Assembly (NCBI GenBank): GCA_034429855.1
Contig: DAOUFT010000111.1
Coordinates: 1 to 62,034, forward strand
Source of the DNA: Dehalococcoidia bacterium
GTDB taxonomy: Bacteria; Chloroflexota; Dehalococcoidia; GIF9; UBA5629
Length of the DNA: 62,034 nucleotides
Direction: 5' to 3'
Below are positions 61,042 to 62,034 of the stretch, piece after piece. The position numbers and the translations under genes are program-made. The first letter of the stretch is position 1. Every line of letters starts with the position of its first letter. Under the pieces are notes generated by a model, which saw only the letters and a program-made list of their open reading frames with translations, was not told the origin of the DNA and made no database searches.

Positions 61042-62034
61042 TTACAGCTCCTCCTCTCTCAGCTCACGCCTGGATACTTTCCCGACATCGGTCTTGGGAA
61101 CCTCTCCCCTGAATTCAACGATCTTGGGACACTTATAATGGGCCAGCCTCTCCATAGCGTAAACTATGATGTCCTGTTCGGTCACTTTTCCCCTGGCTTC
61201 CGTTTCCAGCACCACAATGGCCTTTACCTTCTCTCCCACGTCAGGATCGGCAACGCCGATGACCCCAGCTTCCTTGACCTGTGGATGTGATGTCAGCACC
61301 TCCTCCACTTCGCGTGCGAAGACGGCCAGTCCCTTGTATTTGATCATGTCCCTCTTTCTATCATAGAAGTAGAAATAGCCTTCCTCGTCCATGCGTGCCA
61401 GGTCGCCCGTCCTCACCCAGGTAACGCCGTCGATTTGAATAAACATGAGCTTGGTATCTTCAGGTTTGTTCCAGTAGCCTTTGGCAATCTGCGGACCCCT
61501 GAATGCTAGCTCGCCTGTTTCGCCCAGGGGCAGGAATTCGTCTTTAGCGGGATCCAGGATTGCTGCCACACAGCTGGACATCGGCACACCAAACGAGCCG
61601 ATCTTAGGCCTGCCGTAGGGACTGACGATACCAACGGATGTGGTCTCGGTCATGCCCCAGCCTTCATGTATCTTGGTGCCCGTGCGCTTCTCCCATCCCT
61701 TGGCGGTATCCTCCAGCAGCGCATCTGCGCCCGAAACCAGCACCTTGATCTTCTTCCAGTTGACGCGGTCGGTTCTATGGTAATCCCTCAGCACCTCGTA
61801 CAACGCCGGAACGCTGTAGAATATGGTTGCCCCGTAGTTTTCAATAGAGTTGAGTATGTCGTCGAGGTCCGGTGTGGTAAATATCACCAGAGTGTAGCCC
61901 TGCGTCATTGAACCGGACATTACTACCGACTGGCCGTAAATATGATAGAAGGGAAGGTAACCGATGACCACTTCCTTGCCGGGCTGCACGACGTCGCCCC
62001 AGAATACCTGCGATATATGCTGAGCTGCTACCAG
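61042..62034 (-). CDS. AMP-binding acyl-CoA ligase (long-chain fatty acid-CoA ligase-like), 5' end outside the window
   Basis: The frame is open from 62034 down to the stop at 61042. Adenylate-forming motifs present: YGATIFYSVPALY, GWGMTET, TGDLARMDEEGYFYFYDRKRDMIKYKG. The stop lies 1 nt before the livG ATG. Confidence 0.88.
   Translation of the reverse strand: MVAAQHISQVFWGDVVQPGKEVVIGYLPFYHIYGQSVVMSGSMTQGYTLVIFTTPDLDDILNSIENYGATIFYSVPALYEVLRDYHRTDRVNWKKIKVLVSGADALLEDTAKGWEKRTGTKIHEGWGMTETTSVGIVSPYGRPKIGSFGVPMSSCVAAILDPAKDEFLPLGETGELAFRGPQIAKGYWNKPEDTKLMFIQIDGVTWVRTGDLARMDEEGYFYFYDRKRDMIKYKGLAVFAREVEEVLTSHPQVKEAGVIGVADPDVGEKVKAIVVLETEARGKVTEQDIIVYAMERLAHYKCPKIVEFRGEVPKTDVGKVSRRELREEEL

Noticed and set aside
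60217-61290. 357-aa ORF on the + strand spanning livF/livG and the ligase 3' end
   Set aside because: It is antisense to three well-supported genes. It is S/R/P-rich and low-complexity, and it contains VVFPAPLGP, which is simply the reverse-strand reading of the Walker A GPNGAGKTT. This is a classic shadow ORF.

Overview
Mostly core-genome window from a bacterium. Gene order suggests a Chloroflexota/Dehalococcoidia-like lineage, but that is a low-confidence guess. No rRNA, tRNA, CRISPR array or obvious defence island was seen.

Layout:
(1) 0.36-20.1 kb, + strand: one uninterrupted translation-apparatus array, rpsL-rpsG-fusA, then S10, spc and alpha operon genes, then truA-rplM-rpsI. fusA abuts rpsJ directly, so there is no tuf. 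A 31-codon bS22-like ORF sits between rplW and rplB and is too short for the ORF track; rpmJ is also absent from the track.
(2) 20.2-28.4 kb, - strand: a tightly packed string of a fused APH-like/P-loop kinase, ahcY, metK, a phosphohexomutase, a PGI/PMI isomerase and a B12-binding radical SAM enzyme. A fold-III PLP decarboxylase with an unexplained N-terminal extension is transcribed divergently.
(3) 30-33.5 kb, - strand: dnaX-ybaB-recR-recO. dnaX carries an A7 run whose -1 frame stops after three codons, right at the end of domain III.
(4) 33.6-38.9 kb, + strand: rpsO-pnp-dapB-asd-dapA.
(5) 39-45 kb, - strand: tandem USP, ino1, a PimA-like GT4, a CDP-alcohol phosphatidyltransferase, a small membrane ORF, purA and a DUF3795 gene. 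The ino1/GT4/phosphatidyltransferase trio looks like a phosphatidylinositol(-mannoside) lipid module.
(6) 45-55.6 kb: a PHP phosphoesterase and an unlisted DUF5679 micro-protein. Then, on the - strand, a sugar-activation pair, uppS and a geranylgeranyl-reductase-family gene, followed by nusA-ylxR-infB-rbfA-truB.
(7) 56-62 kb: a Liv-type ABC transporter split into convergent units, with an acyl-CoA ligase running off the right edge.

The candidates I consider most worth follow-up are the bS22-like micro-ORF, the SAM-cycle/kinase/radical-SAM operon, the dnaX slippery site, the PI/PIM module and the nusA leader terminator. All start-codon refinements and motif calls were made by eye. No database search was possible.
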